The translations under genes and the position numbers were made by a program. A stretch of DNA of 64,000 nucleotides from Nitrospirota bacterium (GTDB taxonomy: Bacteria > Nitrospirota > UBA9217): positions 1,344,001-1,408,000 of the forward strand of contig CAWFSF010000006.1 in the NCBI GenBank assembly GCA_963818475.1, in the 5' to 3' direction. This document shows positions 48,324 through 58,091 of this stretch, in pieces; within the stretch, counting starts at the first letter, position 1; every line of letters starts with the position of its first letter. The notes beneath the pieces were generated by a model. It searched no databases. It was not told the origin of the DNA and saw nothing but the letters and a program-made list of their open reading frames with translations.

Positions 48324-49775
48324 TCATTGATTCGGTGCAAAAAATACTTCGCAACCTCCCCGCGGATTGTGCACATATCCGTCCCCGTCGAGCGGCAGCA
48401 CTTTCGGCCCGAACGGATTGGCCGTTCCGAGAAAGAGGCCGTGCGGCGAGGAAGCCATGGTTCGCAGTCCGATGTTATACGGGTTGTCCATGCCGTTTTG
48501 GGTCACGGGCACCCAGTTCTCCCCGTCAAAGCTCCGATACAGATCGAAGCCGGATTGCCGCTCAAGGATGAACTGCTCGCCGACCTTGTTCACGATATTG
48601 GTGAACGCCCTCGGCCATGTTTCGCGTCGTGCGTATCCGAGGGCGAAGCTCCAGCCGAAAGAAGAAAGGTACAGCCATCCGTTGTGCTCGCACATGCGCC
48701 AGAAATAACCGTTAAAAAAATTGTCGAACCCGGGCAGATACCCGGAAAGGGGGTTTTTATGGCCGTCGGGAGTATCGCGTTCCTCTCCAACGATCAGGTC
48801 CCAGTGCTTGTCAGGGAAAATACGGATCAGCTCGGCCGCTGCCGGCCCGATTTTGTTCTGCCGGTCGACACCGCCGCCCTGTATCCCGCTTCCGACATAG
48901 AGGGCGCCCTTGAACGGGTACATGCTCAGGACGCATTGATTGAAGGCGCCCCGATACGCCCCGCGTTCGATGATTTTTTCCCAGTGATAAGGCTGTTCCC
49001 CTTCCGCTGTTGTGCGCCATACCTGATAGCCGTCAAGATTGAACGTGCCGGCATACAGGTGATCGCCCAGAGCAGCCATTTCAAAAATACCTTTATTGCC
49101 GAGGTCCCCGAACCCGAAATCGTTAATCGGTTCCCACCGGCCAAGAGCCGGGTCCCTGCTTTCGTATATTACGGAATGCCCTGATACATTCGGGTTTCCG
49201 CCGCGGGAGCCGGCCGGCGTGGTATACATCCGTCCTTTAAACTGGGTGAGCGAGCGTATCGTTGTCACCGGCAGCCCTATCAAGCCGGGCTCGCAGGTTT
49301 GTTCGAAGTTCCTGCCGTCCTCGGACCGGAGCAGGACCGGCCCGGGTCCCTTGGCTGGGGACCAGGTGCTGACATAGAGCGCCGGTGCACGGTCCTTCTC
49401 GGCCTGATAGACCAGCATCGCGCGATACGACAGATCCCGCGGAATGGGCTTGCCGTGGCTGCCGGTAATGGTCGGGGACTTATGCACCCTTTCCCAGGTG
49501 TCACCTTCCGGGCTGTAACGCCATATCTCAGCGCGCAGATCCAGATCGAAAGGATTCTCCGGACATTCCACCGGCCATGGATCAAGACCTATCGGCATGC
49601 GCGACTTCATCAAGGGGAAATTTCCTCGCATGGTGCCTACGAAGAGGCAGCCGTTGAACCATGCCATTGAATGGGCATAATTATTGAGCCCGTCGCCGAA
49701 GCCCTGGCACGCGATCAGCTTGAAATCCTTCTGTGAACATCCGGGGGGGATGAACAGTTTGTTCGTTACATTCAT
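48324..49775 (-). CDS. beta-propeller-like hypothetical protein, no signal peptide
   Basis: GFGD..NNYAHSM..FNG.LFVGT, GFDNFFNGYFW.M, NPYNIGLRTM repeats. Confidence 0.7.
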   Translation of the reverse strand: MNVTNKLFIPPGCSQKDFKLIACQGFGDGLNNYAHSMAWFNGCLFVGTMRGNFPLMKSRMPIGLDPWPVECPENPFDLDLRAEIWRYSPEGDTWERVHKSPTITGSHGKPIPRDLSYRAMLVYQAEKDRAPALYVSTWSPAKGPGPVLLRSEDGRNFEQTCEPGLIGLPVTTIRSLTQFKGRMYTTPAGSRGGNPNVSGHSVIYESRDPALGRWEPINDFGFGDLGNKGIFEMAALGDHLYAGTFNLDGYQVWRTTAEGEQPYHWEKIIERGAYRGAFNQCVLSMYPFKGALYVGSGIQGGGVDRQNKIGPAAAELIRIFPDKHWDLIVGEERDTPDGHKNPLSGYLPGFDNFFNGYFWRMCEHNGWLYLSSFGWSFALGYARRETWPRAFTNIVNKVGEQFILERQSGFDLYRSFDGENWVPVTQNGMDNPYNIGLRTMASSPHGLFLGTANPFGPKVLPLDGDGYVHNPRGGCEVFFAPNQ

Positions 49776-49815
49776 ATTGGGGTCTCGTGAAATTCAAGAA
49801 CAAGTCAACAGCTTG

Positions 49816-49894
49816 TCCGCAGATTTCGCAGATTTCGCGGATGAAAAAAAAGAGCTTATTTATTCTTTTTTATACTATCAGCGTAATCTGCGGA
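49816..49894. repeat. palindromic element with 9-bp-period arms
   Basis: TCCGCAGATTTCGCAGATTTCGCGGAT ... ATCAGCGTAATCTGCGGA. Confidence 0.7.
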
Positions 49895-49922
49895 TAAAAT
49901 GGACTCAAAAAAATCATAAACA

Positions 49923-50987
49923 TTACTTCTCAATTCCTCTCGGAACGACTCCAGACTGCTGAGTCCCAAAAAAAGCTTTCGCGTGATTCAGATCATCAAA
50001 CGGTCCTTTTCCCGGCGTTTCTCTCGTATCCAGAAACCACTTGCCTTCCCGGGTATAGAACCGGTCGCTTCGAAAGTACCGCTTGCCGGAGTCCCCTCTT
50101 CTCCGGGGGACCTCATCGAGGAGCGCCCCGTTCCAGAACTGGCGGCATATTTCCATGAACTCGTCGGGGCGCGTGACCGGAAAGAAATGGCCTGCTCCGC
50201 GGATCCTGCGAAAATCTGCCTGAGGCCACACCTCCAAAATCTGTTCTCCGGTTGTCATTGCCGGAGAGTGCTCTCCGTACACGGCCAATATCGGGAAATT
50301 GAGCTTCCGCAACTTATCCAGCGATAAACCGTCATCGCCCATCAATTCTTTCCCTGCCCGGGTCGTCTTGATTAATTGCAGCCAGGCGCTAGCCGTGCGC
50401 GAACTGTTTTTTCCCATGAGCGGGCGGACCATATCTTCGAGCTCCCGGGTAATCGCCGCGTTCCCGAGTTTCAACCGGGCCACTTCGGTCAACAGCCGGT
50501 AGCCGAAACAGGGGTCGGTGACATCTATCTTCAGTTTGTTCTGATCCAGAATTCGCTGGATCTTTTCTCCGAATTCCCATCCCGCATGTCCTGCCCGGCG
50601 GACCGCGTGGATCTGCGTGTCGAGAACCATCAGACTTGCGAACCGGTCAGGGTTCCGGCAGGCGAGGTTCAACGCCACTGCGCCGCCGAAGCTGTGGGCT
50701 ACAAAATGAGCTCGCTCGATGTCGAGTCGGTCGAGAAGCTGCTCAAGATCAAGGGCCATATTCGCAACTGTATAGCCGCTTTCGGTGGTGCCTGACCGCC
50801 CGTGCCCGCGCAGATCGAATAACGTAACGCGGTAGCGCTTCGAAAACGCGGGCGCATGGGTGAAGTACCAGAAAGCAAGATTCGTGGCCAGTCCGTGCAC
50901 CATGACCAGATCTTCACAATCTTCCCCTGAATCGCACGGGATCCGGACGTAATTGATGCGGACACCGTTGACGTCAGCGAACGGCAT
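49923..50987 (-). CDS. alpha/beta-hydrolase (possible thioesterase) with C-terminal DUF6316-like tail
   Basis: VHGL, FDLRGHG, AHSFGG, AGHFFP; tail FRSDRFY..EGKWF..TRE...GPF. Confidence 0.8.
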   Translation of the reverse strand: MPFADVNGVRINYVRIPCDSGEDCEDLVMVHGLATNLAFWYFTHAPAFSKRYRVTLFDLRGHGRSGTTESGYTVANMALDLEQLLDRLDIERAHFVAHSFGGAVALNLACRNPDRFASLMVLDTQIHAVRRAGHAGWEFGEKIQRILDQNKLKIDVTDPCFGYRLLTEVARLKLGNAAITRELEDMVRPLMGKNSSRTASAWLQLIKTTRAGKELMGDDGLSLDKLRKLNFPILAVYGEHSPAMTTGEQILEVWPQADFRRIRGAGHFFPVTRPDEFMEICRQFWNGALLDEVPRRRGDSGKRYFRSDRFYTREGKWFLDTRETPGKGPFDDLNHAKAFFGTQQSGVVPRGIEK

Positions 50988-51049
50988 GACAGTGGAACCC
51001 CTTCTACAATCTCGTCCTAACGGGAATTGGCACTGCGGCGCCCCGATTG

Positions 51050-52636
51050 CTATTCCATATACCCCAGCATCTGGAGCTGACCCATTATTTGATCACGTTC
51101 GTCATGGGACATTTTTTCCGTGTCCCCAACCATCACTTCAGCGTTTGTCGCGGCTCCCCTTCTCACTGGTCTTTCCGTCAGATGCTGCAGGGTGAAGATC
51201 GATTCAGGGACGCTGCCCTCGAAATCTGCCGGCACTTCAAGGCCCAGGCTGTACAATAAGACGGCGCCTACATCGTAAATTTGCCGGGCCTCGGTGATTT
51301 CTCCCCGCTTTATCCCCTGGCCGTAGGCAAAAAACACTCCTTCGGGGTGATGAGTGCCGGCGATGTCCCTGCGCCGCTCCACTACGGGCAGCTTGTCTTT
51401 GATCGAAACGAAGCCGGAGTCCCGAAGCCGGAGCAGCAGGTCAGGTGCGTCATTCATCGCAGGACCGGAGAATACATCTTCGCGTTTATATATTCCTGTT
51501 ATTATCCGCTCGCCTGTTTTCGGGTCCCGCAGGTCTTCAAGGTCCACGATCAGCCGGTTCCTGAAGATGTCGTACGCTTCCGGTTTGATCCCCCCGTCGC
51601 CGGGTTTTTTCGCGACGCGGATCGTTATGCCGTTGCTCGACGGAGTCCGGCAGTAAGCGGTCGTATTTTTCCAGTCAAGATTCGCGAACTGAGTGCCTTC
51701 GCGTCGTGCGGCTTCCGGGGTATCAGGCATCTGTCTCCAGTGCAAATATCCTTTTTTATGCAGATACGCATTGATGCGCACGATCTCGTACGTGCCGGAA
51801 AATCCGTGATCTGACGCAAAAAACACCTGCACGTCTGGTCCGGCCGCCGTAATAAGCTTCTCGATGAACCCGTCGAGCTGCCTGAAATAGTCCAGGCACA
51901 GGCCGCGCATGCGGCAATGATACTCGCTCAGTTCTCCCGACTGGAGCGCGGGATCGAGGTAAAGCCATGCCTGATGCTGCAGTTTATCGACGCCGTCGAA
52001 CATGACAGCCATGAGATCCGGAGCTTCCTCGGAAACGAGATATTCCGCTATCCTGAACCACTGTTTCTCGCGCGGCAGATGATACCGGACCCAGTTTTCA
52101 CGCTCTTCATCGGAAATGACCTCGAGCGCCTTTTGCTCCTGTCCAAAATCCCATGCCAGTTCTTTGGGATTGAATCCGGGCACTGCCTTAAGCCGGTCGT
52201 AAAAATCGTCGGGTTTCGTATTACGGCGCAAGTGCCTCCAGGGAACGAACCCGGGGACCATAAAGCCGTTCAAATTCGCGGGTGGAGGCGCTGTGAACGG
52301 GAAATTAAGCGCCGCGATCTTCAAGCCGTTCCTGTTGGCGATCGACCATATCGTCTCTGCCCTGTTATCCCGCGCGTCGTACAGCGTGAAGAACACATCC
52401 TCGCCGGTCTCTTCAGCCCGGATGAAATCAAAGATGCCGTGCTGCCCCGGGCTTTTCCCGGTCATCAGGGACACCCATGCTGGCGGGGTCAGTGGATTCG
52501 GGGTCGAAAGCAGTTTGCTTCGCGCGCCTTCCGCGTAGATCTTCGACAGAAACGGCATTATCGCCGGATTGCCTTTCGTAAGCTCGTCCAGGATCGTGAA
52601 GGTTGCACCGTCAAGACCGATAAATAAAGTACGCAT
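51050..52636 (-). CDS. alkaline-phosphatase-superfamily (nucleotide pyrophosphatase/phosphodiesterase-type) protein
   Basis: IGLDGAT, LTPPAW.S..TG..PG.HG, DKLQH, SDHGF, GTHHPEG, terminal LQMLGY. Confidence 0.88.
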   Translation of the reverse strand: MRTLFIGLDGATFTILDELTKGNPAIMPFLSKIYAEGARSKLLSTPNPLTPPAWVSLMTGKSPGQHGIFDFIRAEETGEDVFFTLYDARDNRAETIWSIANRNGLKIAALNFPFTAPPPANLNGFMVPGFVPWRHLRRNTKPDDFYDRLKAVPGFNPKELAWDFGQEQKALEVISDEERENWVRYHLPREKQWFRIAEYLVSEEAPDLMAVMFDGVDKLQHQAWLYLDPALQSGELSEYHCRMRGLCLDYFRQLDGFIEKLITAAGPDVQVFFASDHGFSGTYEIVRINAYLHKKGYLHWRQMPDTPEAARREGTQFANLDWKNTTAYCRTPSSNGITIRVAKKPGDGGIKPEAYDIFRNRLIVDLEDLRDPKTGERIITGIYKREDVFSGPAMNDAPDLLLRLRDSGFVSIKDKLPVVERRRDIAGTHHPEGVFFAYGQGIKRGEITEARQIYDVGAVLLYSLGLEVPADFEGSVPESIFTLQHLTERPVRRGAATNAEVMVGDTEKMSHDERDQIMGQLQMLGYME

Positions 52637-52718
52637 GATCAAGTCCTTTCCTGTTCGTCCCTCCCCTTGCCGGGGGAAGGCTAGGTGGGTTCGCATCCCG
52701 CATTTGCGTTTACGGGTA

Positions 52719-52997
52719 TTACTTCATCTTCCCATCGATGAACTGCGCCATTTGCGCAAGTGACAGGTCCGAGACATAGCTTCCGTCTTTCATGAGAAGG
52801 TTCTGAAATCCCATTTTTTTGCCGTAATGCTGCTCGATCGCAACGCACAACTGTATGATGTCGACCGAAGCGAATTCCAGGTCAGCAGCCAGCTTTGTGC
52901 GCCCCGTAATGCCGCCGTCCGGCTCCACGCCCCAGTCCTGAACGAGGTCTTTTGTGATTGTTATAAGATTTTTTTCGATGTTCTCAGCGGTATGCAC
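52719..52997 (-). CDS. standalone acyl carrier protein
   Basis: 92 aa acidic; TKLAADLEFASVDII with the Ser at the phosphopantetheine position. Confidence 0.8.
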   Translation of the reverse strand: MHTAENIEKNLITITKDLVQDWGVEPDGGITGRTKLAADLEFASVDIIQLCVAIEQHYGKKMGFQNLLMKDGSYVSDLSLAQMAQFIDGKMK

Positions 52998-53033
52998 AGA
53001 TCTATTCCTCCTCTTTGTTTATTAATCCATGGA

Positions 53034-53095
53034 GCAGAGCGCTGAATCACCCTTCACCTGACCTCTCCCCGGAAGGGAAGAGGGATACGCTCTGC
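53034..53095. repeat. REP-like palindrome; related inverted motif at 52658-52689
   Basis: GCAGAGCG...CCTCTCCCCggaaGGGAAGAGGG...CGCTCTGC. Confidence 0.55.
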
Positions 53096-53116
53096 GCTGG
53101 GTGTTTTCGTTAGCGG

Positions 53117-56100
53117 CTACCCCGAATGCCCCGTTGCGAGAGCGATAACCACGTCGTTTTCCGATCTGACAATGACATCGACGATATTCCCGGTATGATT
53201 GACCCGGGCAAGCTCCCAGTCGTCGTCGAGAAATGAAACTTCAAATTCTTCAGGCCTCCCCTGAAGGCCCGAGCCCAGGTATTTAGCAGCGGCCTCCTTG
53301 GCGCACCAGATCCTTAATACCTTCTCGGGCAGAGCTTTCCCTTCGCACCCGCGCAGCCGCATACGTTCCGCGGCGGACAGGGAGCGTTCTATGAGCTCCG
53401 GGTTCTCGATTCTCCCCGAATGTTCTATATCCACGCCGACCGGATGCAGCGGCGGGGTCACGGCCGCCAAAGATATCCGTTTGTCGTGGCTGAGGGAAAC
53501 TTCAGGGGCCTGGACGAGGCGATCGCTCCAAAGCCCGTCGACATAGGGAGCTCCTTTTTCCTCGTGGCGGACTATGATATCGGCCGGATAGATGAGTTGT
53601 CCCGTCTGCTGATAAATCCAGTACCGCACTGCCTCCTTCACGCACGCTCGTCCCAGGAGCCATTCGCGCTTCTGGCGGACATTCGCAGTCAACTGCCTCC
53701 ATTCCTCGCGCTCTTCAAAACCCAGGAGCGTGTGGGCCAGGATGCGCAGGAAGATCCCGCCCGACTGCACGCAGAATTTTTCCGGCAGATGCGCCACTTG
53801 CCACAACAGCGCTTCCTTGTTTCCCGCTGCAGTGACAGGACGCCCCAGCCATGCGGTTAATGGATCCCGGCGAACCAGACAATAGGCGTTCGGGGCCGGG
53901 TAATACACGTTCGTTAGATTCGTCGCCCGAAAGACCGGCATTCCTCCGCTGTCCAGGCATTCGAACTGCCATAAGCGCGGGGCTTCCATGCCGGTAACGG
54001 CGGGATCCACCGGCTGTTGGCGGGCGCGCAGTTTCATGCCCTGCAGGTTTTGTGGACAGGGTGCGTAGAGTTCGATCCGGTCTATGGTCGAGGGGAAACA
54101 ATTAAAATCGGTTCCGACCTTGTGCGCAATCCAATACGCTCCCACCTGCCCCATCGCGTCGAGCAGCACCGGGTTAAGCACCAGGTTGGGCGTTTCGTTT
54201 TCGTCAAAGAAACCCTCGAGCCCGATCTCGGAAAGGCTTGCATCGATGCCTTCCTCATTCCATCCGTCGATTCGCTCCAGACTTTGAAAGATCGGTCCGT
54301 GATACATATCTGTGTAAATCCCGCGTTTATCCCAGCGGGAAGGCCGGAGTTTCGAAAGCTCGCGTAAACCCTGCTCCCGCCAATCCGCTTCAAAGGAAAA
54401 TTCGGCCGAAACGGCAAGAGTATTGCCGTTAAACAATCCGGCCCGGAACAGGCGCGGACCGATAGCCTCTGCGCGCACTTCGAGCACGACCTCGCCATCG
54501 TCGAGCGCTATCCAGTCGAGCACTTTGACATTCTCGATAATGGTGACCCGGATGCTTCCGGCCAGAAGAACGCAGGCCTCGGCCATGATCTCGAGGCTGA
54601 CCGTCAAAGGCGCGCAGGCCAGTCCGATCAGCCCGGGGTCGTCCTTCGAGACGCAGCCGGACAGGGTATGATGTCTCAGGAAGTTGTCTTCGTACACCGA
54701 CAAACGGCATTCAGCCTTCAGGCTGCGCTCATCCCACCCGGTTACCGCCGTCAAAAACGGCGTATACTCATCCACGGGACCGATGGTTCCCGTGGTTCTC
54801 ACCCCGTTCTTCCACTCCGCGTTCCCCGTTCCGAATTCCGCATTGGAATTGCCGGCGCTTCCCGGGTGATCCATGCGCGCTTGTTGACAATCCTGCATCG
54901 GTGTCTTTTCTGTCTCGCGAGTCACCGAACGGGCAGGGACGAGTATCTCGCGTAACGTCGCCCGGTCCGCGTCATTGATATGCAATACCGGCATCGTGTT
55001 GGCAACGCGCATGCCGGGCTGTTTGCCGCTTTTGCCCTGCTTAAGATCCGGGGCCGCAACGGAACATGCAGTGAACAGTCTCTTGAGCTGCAATTCTTTT
55101 CGGTTGACGTAGAGCACGGCGAGCGCGGTTAAAAACTGATCGAGGCTGCTCTTGCGGCGGTTGTCCGTGGCAAGCGAAAGATAATCCTTCCCGGACAGGA
55201 TATCGTTGACGAACGAGGTGAGATTCCCGGACGGTCCGACCTCCACAAAATAGCGGACCCCGTCCTGGTGCATACGGAGGATCGTCTCGCGAAAACGGAC
55301 CGTCTTCGACCATTGTGCTGCGGCAAGTTTCCGCACTCCCCCGGCATCATCCGGGAACAGGTCCGCGGACGCGCAGGAATAGAGCGGCACACTCGGGGGT
55401 CTGATGCCGATCCGGCCGTAAAAATCGAAAAACGCCTCGCTCATTACGGAAAAATGAGCGGTGTGGTATCCACGGTTGAATGGGAGCGGAACGCAGATCC
55501 CGCCTTCTGCGCTCAATTTTTCCTGCAGGCCGGCAATCGCCGTTTCTTCCCCATACAGCACCAGCTGGTTGGCGCAGTTGTCCATTGCAATCACAATTCC
55601 TTGATCGAGAGCGGCGATGTGCTTCTCCACGACTTCCCGGGACAGCGCCCCCACGGTCAGCAATGCGCCCGTCGGAATCCTGCCTTCGGCAAGGCACTGC
55701 TGGTAAACTCCGTTCATATCACGGATCGCATCCGCCAAGCGGGCCGGGCCGCCGAATTCGACTGCACCCGAGGCGATCAGGGCCGAGGACTCTCCGGTGC
55801 TGTGGCCGGCCATTACGTCCGGTTTCACGCCCAGTGACGCAAGCAGCGCGTGGATCGCCTGGCTGCCGATAAGAGCAGCTTCTGACCCCACATCCATGGA
55901 ATGCAGGCGTTCTTCCAGCTCTTTGCGGCGCTGTTCCGTCATCTCACTTTCGGGAGGAAAGATTATATCCGTCCGGCTCTCCCCCGGCGCTGCAGGATAC
56001 AACCCCCGCCAGAAATCAAACCAGGTCCGGACCTCGTCGAAATACAAGGCGAGATCTGCCAGCATGTTGAGATATTGCGAACCCTCACCCGGAAACAGGA

Positions 56101-57820
56101 AGGCAAGCTTGCCGTCCAGGGGACATCGGCTGTAATTGATTCCCTTGTGTGACCAGCGTTCTCCGGGGTCGTCCTTGAGGCGTTCGAGAGACTGATGGAT
56201 CTTTCGTACGAGATCTTCCCTGTCTTTGACGACCATTGCCAGACGATGCGGTCCCTCGCCGTCCTCGTGGGCAAGCGTGGCAGCAATAGCGCCTGGAGAG
56301 TAATCGATATCGCCGCCGTACAAAGCGGCCGCCCGGTTCAATTTATCAATAAGCGCTTCGCCATCGTCTGCGGAAAAAATGCAGAGCTCTGCCGGACGGA
56401 CGTCAAACCTGTGCGGTCTGCGCGCTTCTGCCGGCGCCTCCTCGAGAATTGCATGTGCATTGATGCCGCCGAACCCGAACGCATTGACGCCTGCACGGCG
56501 GGGATTTTCCGGTTGTGCTATCCAGGGTCTGCTCGTCGTATTGACATAGAGCGGAGTAGCCTCGATCCCCAATTCCGGATTTACCCTGTCACAGAGCGTC
56601 AGCGGTAGAATTTTATAGTGCAGAGCGAGCGCGCTTTTTATGAGACCGGCGATCCCGGCTGCGGGAATGCAGTGGCTGATCATCGATTTTATCGATCCGA
56701 GCGCGACGCTGCCCTGCGGCCCCTTGCGCTCGCCGAGTATCTTTTTAATAGCCGAAATTTCAGTTTTATCTCCCAGAGGAATTCCTGAGCCGTGGGCTTC
56801 CACGAGTTCTACTGATGCCGGATCCACACCGCTGGCCTTATACGCCCTTTCCATGGCAAGCGCCTCGCCCTCGACACTCGGCGCCAACAGGCCAAGCCCC
56901 TTTCCGTCACTCGCCTGCCCGATGCCGCGGACGAGTGCGTATATGCGATCGCCGTCGGCAAGTGCATCCGATGCTCTCTTCAGGACTACGATCCCCAGAC
57001 CCTCGCCCAGCAAAGTGCCTTCGCTGCCTTCTTCAAAAGGACGTACTTTGCCCCGCATACTCAATGCGCCGAGTTGAGAAAATATGACGGAGACCTCGGC
57101 GGGCAATGAGGCATTCACTCCGCCTGCAAGCATCATGCGGCTTCGGCCGTTGCGCAGTTCATCGATCGCCGCGCTCACCGACAGCAGCGAGGAAGCGCAG
57201 GCCGCATCGATCAGGTAATTCGGCCCCTTGAGATTGAGCCGGTTCGCAATGCGGCCTGTCATCACATTCGGCACCAGGCCCGGTACGATATCGGTGTTGA
57301 ACTGCGGGAGCCTGCTTTTCAGACAAGCCCGAATTCGCGACAGCTTCTCCGCGTCCAGCGATGGGAACACTCCCTGTAACAGCTCGACCGTCTGGTCCAA
57401 TACGATATTGTGTTGTACGAGATTGCCTTGCCCTCTGTGCAGGTAGGTGCTGTGGCCGAGAACAATGCCGGTTTCGGTGTGATCGTATTCTCCGGCATAT
57501 CCCGCGTCCTCAAGGGCCTCTCGGGCAACGCGTAAGGCCAGATACTGGTCCGGCTCTCCCCCGTCTATTGAGTTCGGCATAATGCCGAACTCTTTGGGAT
57601 CGAAGCGGTAAAGGGCTTTCAGATAGCCCCCGTGAGGGGTTTTGATCCGGCCGGATTCAAGATATCGCCGGGACTCCCATTCCGGCGTCGGCTCGCTGAT
57701 CGCATCCACCCCGGCGAGAATATTGCGCCAGAACGTCCTGACATCGGGTGCCTGCGGAAAGATACAGGCCATCCCGATGATGGCAATAGGTTCTGAGTTT
57801 TTTGCATCCGGTTGCGCCAT
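53117..57820 (-). CDS. type I PKS/FAS: KS-AT-DH-PPTase
   Basis: DAACASS, EAHGSG and ISH (KS triad); GHSTG (AT); RHHTL...P and LLDAMGQ (DH); SLSH, GVDIE, WCAKEA (Sfp-type PPTase). Confidence 0.92.
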   Translation of the reverse strand: MAQPDAKNSEPIAIIGMACIFPQAPDVRTFWRNILAGVDAISEPTPEWESRRYLESGRIKTPHGGYLKALYRFDPKEFGIMPNSIDGGEPDQYLALRVAREALEDAGYAGEYDHTETGIVLGHSTYLHRGQGNLVQHNIVLDQTVELLQGVFPSLDAEKLSRIRACLKSRLPQFNTDIVPGLVPNVMTGRIANRLNLKGPNYLIDAACASSLLSVSAAIDELRNGRSRMMLAGGVNASLPAEVSVIFSQLGALSMRGKVRPFEEGSEGTLLGEGLGIVVLKRASDALADGDRIYALVRGIGQASDGKGLGLLAPSVEGEALAMERAYKASGVDPASVELVEAHGSGIPLGDKTEISAIKKILGERKGPQGSVALGSIKSMISHCIPAAGIAGLIKSALALHYKILPLTLCDRVNPELGIEATPLYVNTTSRPWIAQPENPRRAGVNAFGFGGINAHAILEEAPAEARRPHRFDVRPAELCIFSADDGEALIDKLNRAAALYGGDIDYSPGAIAATLAHEDGEGPHRLAMVVKDREDLVRKIHQSLERLKDDPGERWSHKGINYSRCPLDGKLAFLFPGEGSQYLNMLADLALYFDEVRTWFDFWRGLYPAAPGESRTDIIFPPESEMTEQRRKELEERLHSMDVGSEAALIGSQAIHALLASLGVKPDVMAGHSTGESSALIASGAVEFGGPARLADAIRDMNGVYQQCLAEGRIPTGALLTVGALSREVVEKHIAALDQGIVIAMDNCANQLVLYGEETAIAGLQEKLSAEGGICVPLPFNRGYHTAHFSVMSEAFFDFYGRIGIRPPSVPLYSCASADLFPDDAGGVRKLAAAQWSKTVRFRETILRMHQDGVRYFVEVGPSGNLTSFVNDILSGKDYLSLATDNRRKSSLDQFLTALAVLYVNRKELQLKRLFTACSVAAPDLKQGKSGKQPGMRVANTMPVLHINDADRATLREILVPARSVTRETEKTPMQDCQQARMDHPGSAGNSNAEFGTGNAEWKNGVRTTGTIGPVDEYTPFLTAVTGWDERSLKAECRLSVYEDNFLRHHTLSGCVSKDDPGLIGLACAPLTVSLEIMAEACVLLAGSIRVTIIENVKVLDWIALDDGEVVLEVRAEAIGPRLFRAGLFNGNTLAVSAEFSFEADWREQGLRELSKLRPSRWDKRGIYTDMYHGPIFQSLERIDGWNEEGIDASLSEIGLEGFFDENETPNLVLNPVLLDAMGQVGAYWIAHKVGTDFNCFPSTIDRIELYAPCPQNLQGMKLRARQQPVDPAVTGMEAPRLWQFECLDSGGMPVFRATNLTNVYYPAPNAYCLVRRDPLTAWLGRPVTAAGNKEALLWQVAHLPEKFCVQSGGIFLRILAHTLLGFEEREEWRQLTANVRQKREWLLGRACVKEAVRYWIYQQTGQLIYPADIIVRHEEKGAPYVDGLWSDRLVQAPEVSLSHDKRISLAAVTPPLHPVGVDIEHSGRIENPELIERSLSAAERMRLRGCEGKALPEKVLRIWCAKEAAAKYLGSGLQGRPEEFEVSFLDDDWELARVNHTGNIVDVIVRSENDVVIALATGHSG

Positions 57821-57880
57821 GATTAATTACCTTTTCGCGATACCTGGATTAAAATTGACAAATCGTAAAAGTCGGATCTC

Positions 57881-58070
57881 ACCGCGGAGTCGCGGATACG
57901 CAAAAAAAACGCCAAAGCCAAACCATTGTCCGCAGATTACGCAGATTACGCCGATTAGATCAGATCCGATTAGTTTTTTAAATCTGTGTAATCTGCGGAA
58001 TCTGCGGATTACACTTTTCTAACGTTTTTCCTCGCTGATCTTTTTCTCCGCGTCTCGGCGTCTCCGCGGT
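57881..58070. repeat. nested palindromic elements between the two PKS genes
   Basis: Outer ACCGCGGAG (57881-57889) / CTCCGCGGT (58062-58070); inner TCCGCAGATT (57929-57938) / AATCTGCGGA (57999-58008) with 9-bp-period arms. Confidence 0.75.
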
Positions 58071-58091
58071 TAAATTCCCATTTAAATTCTC

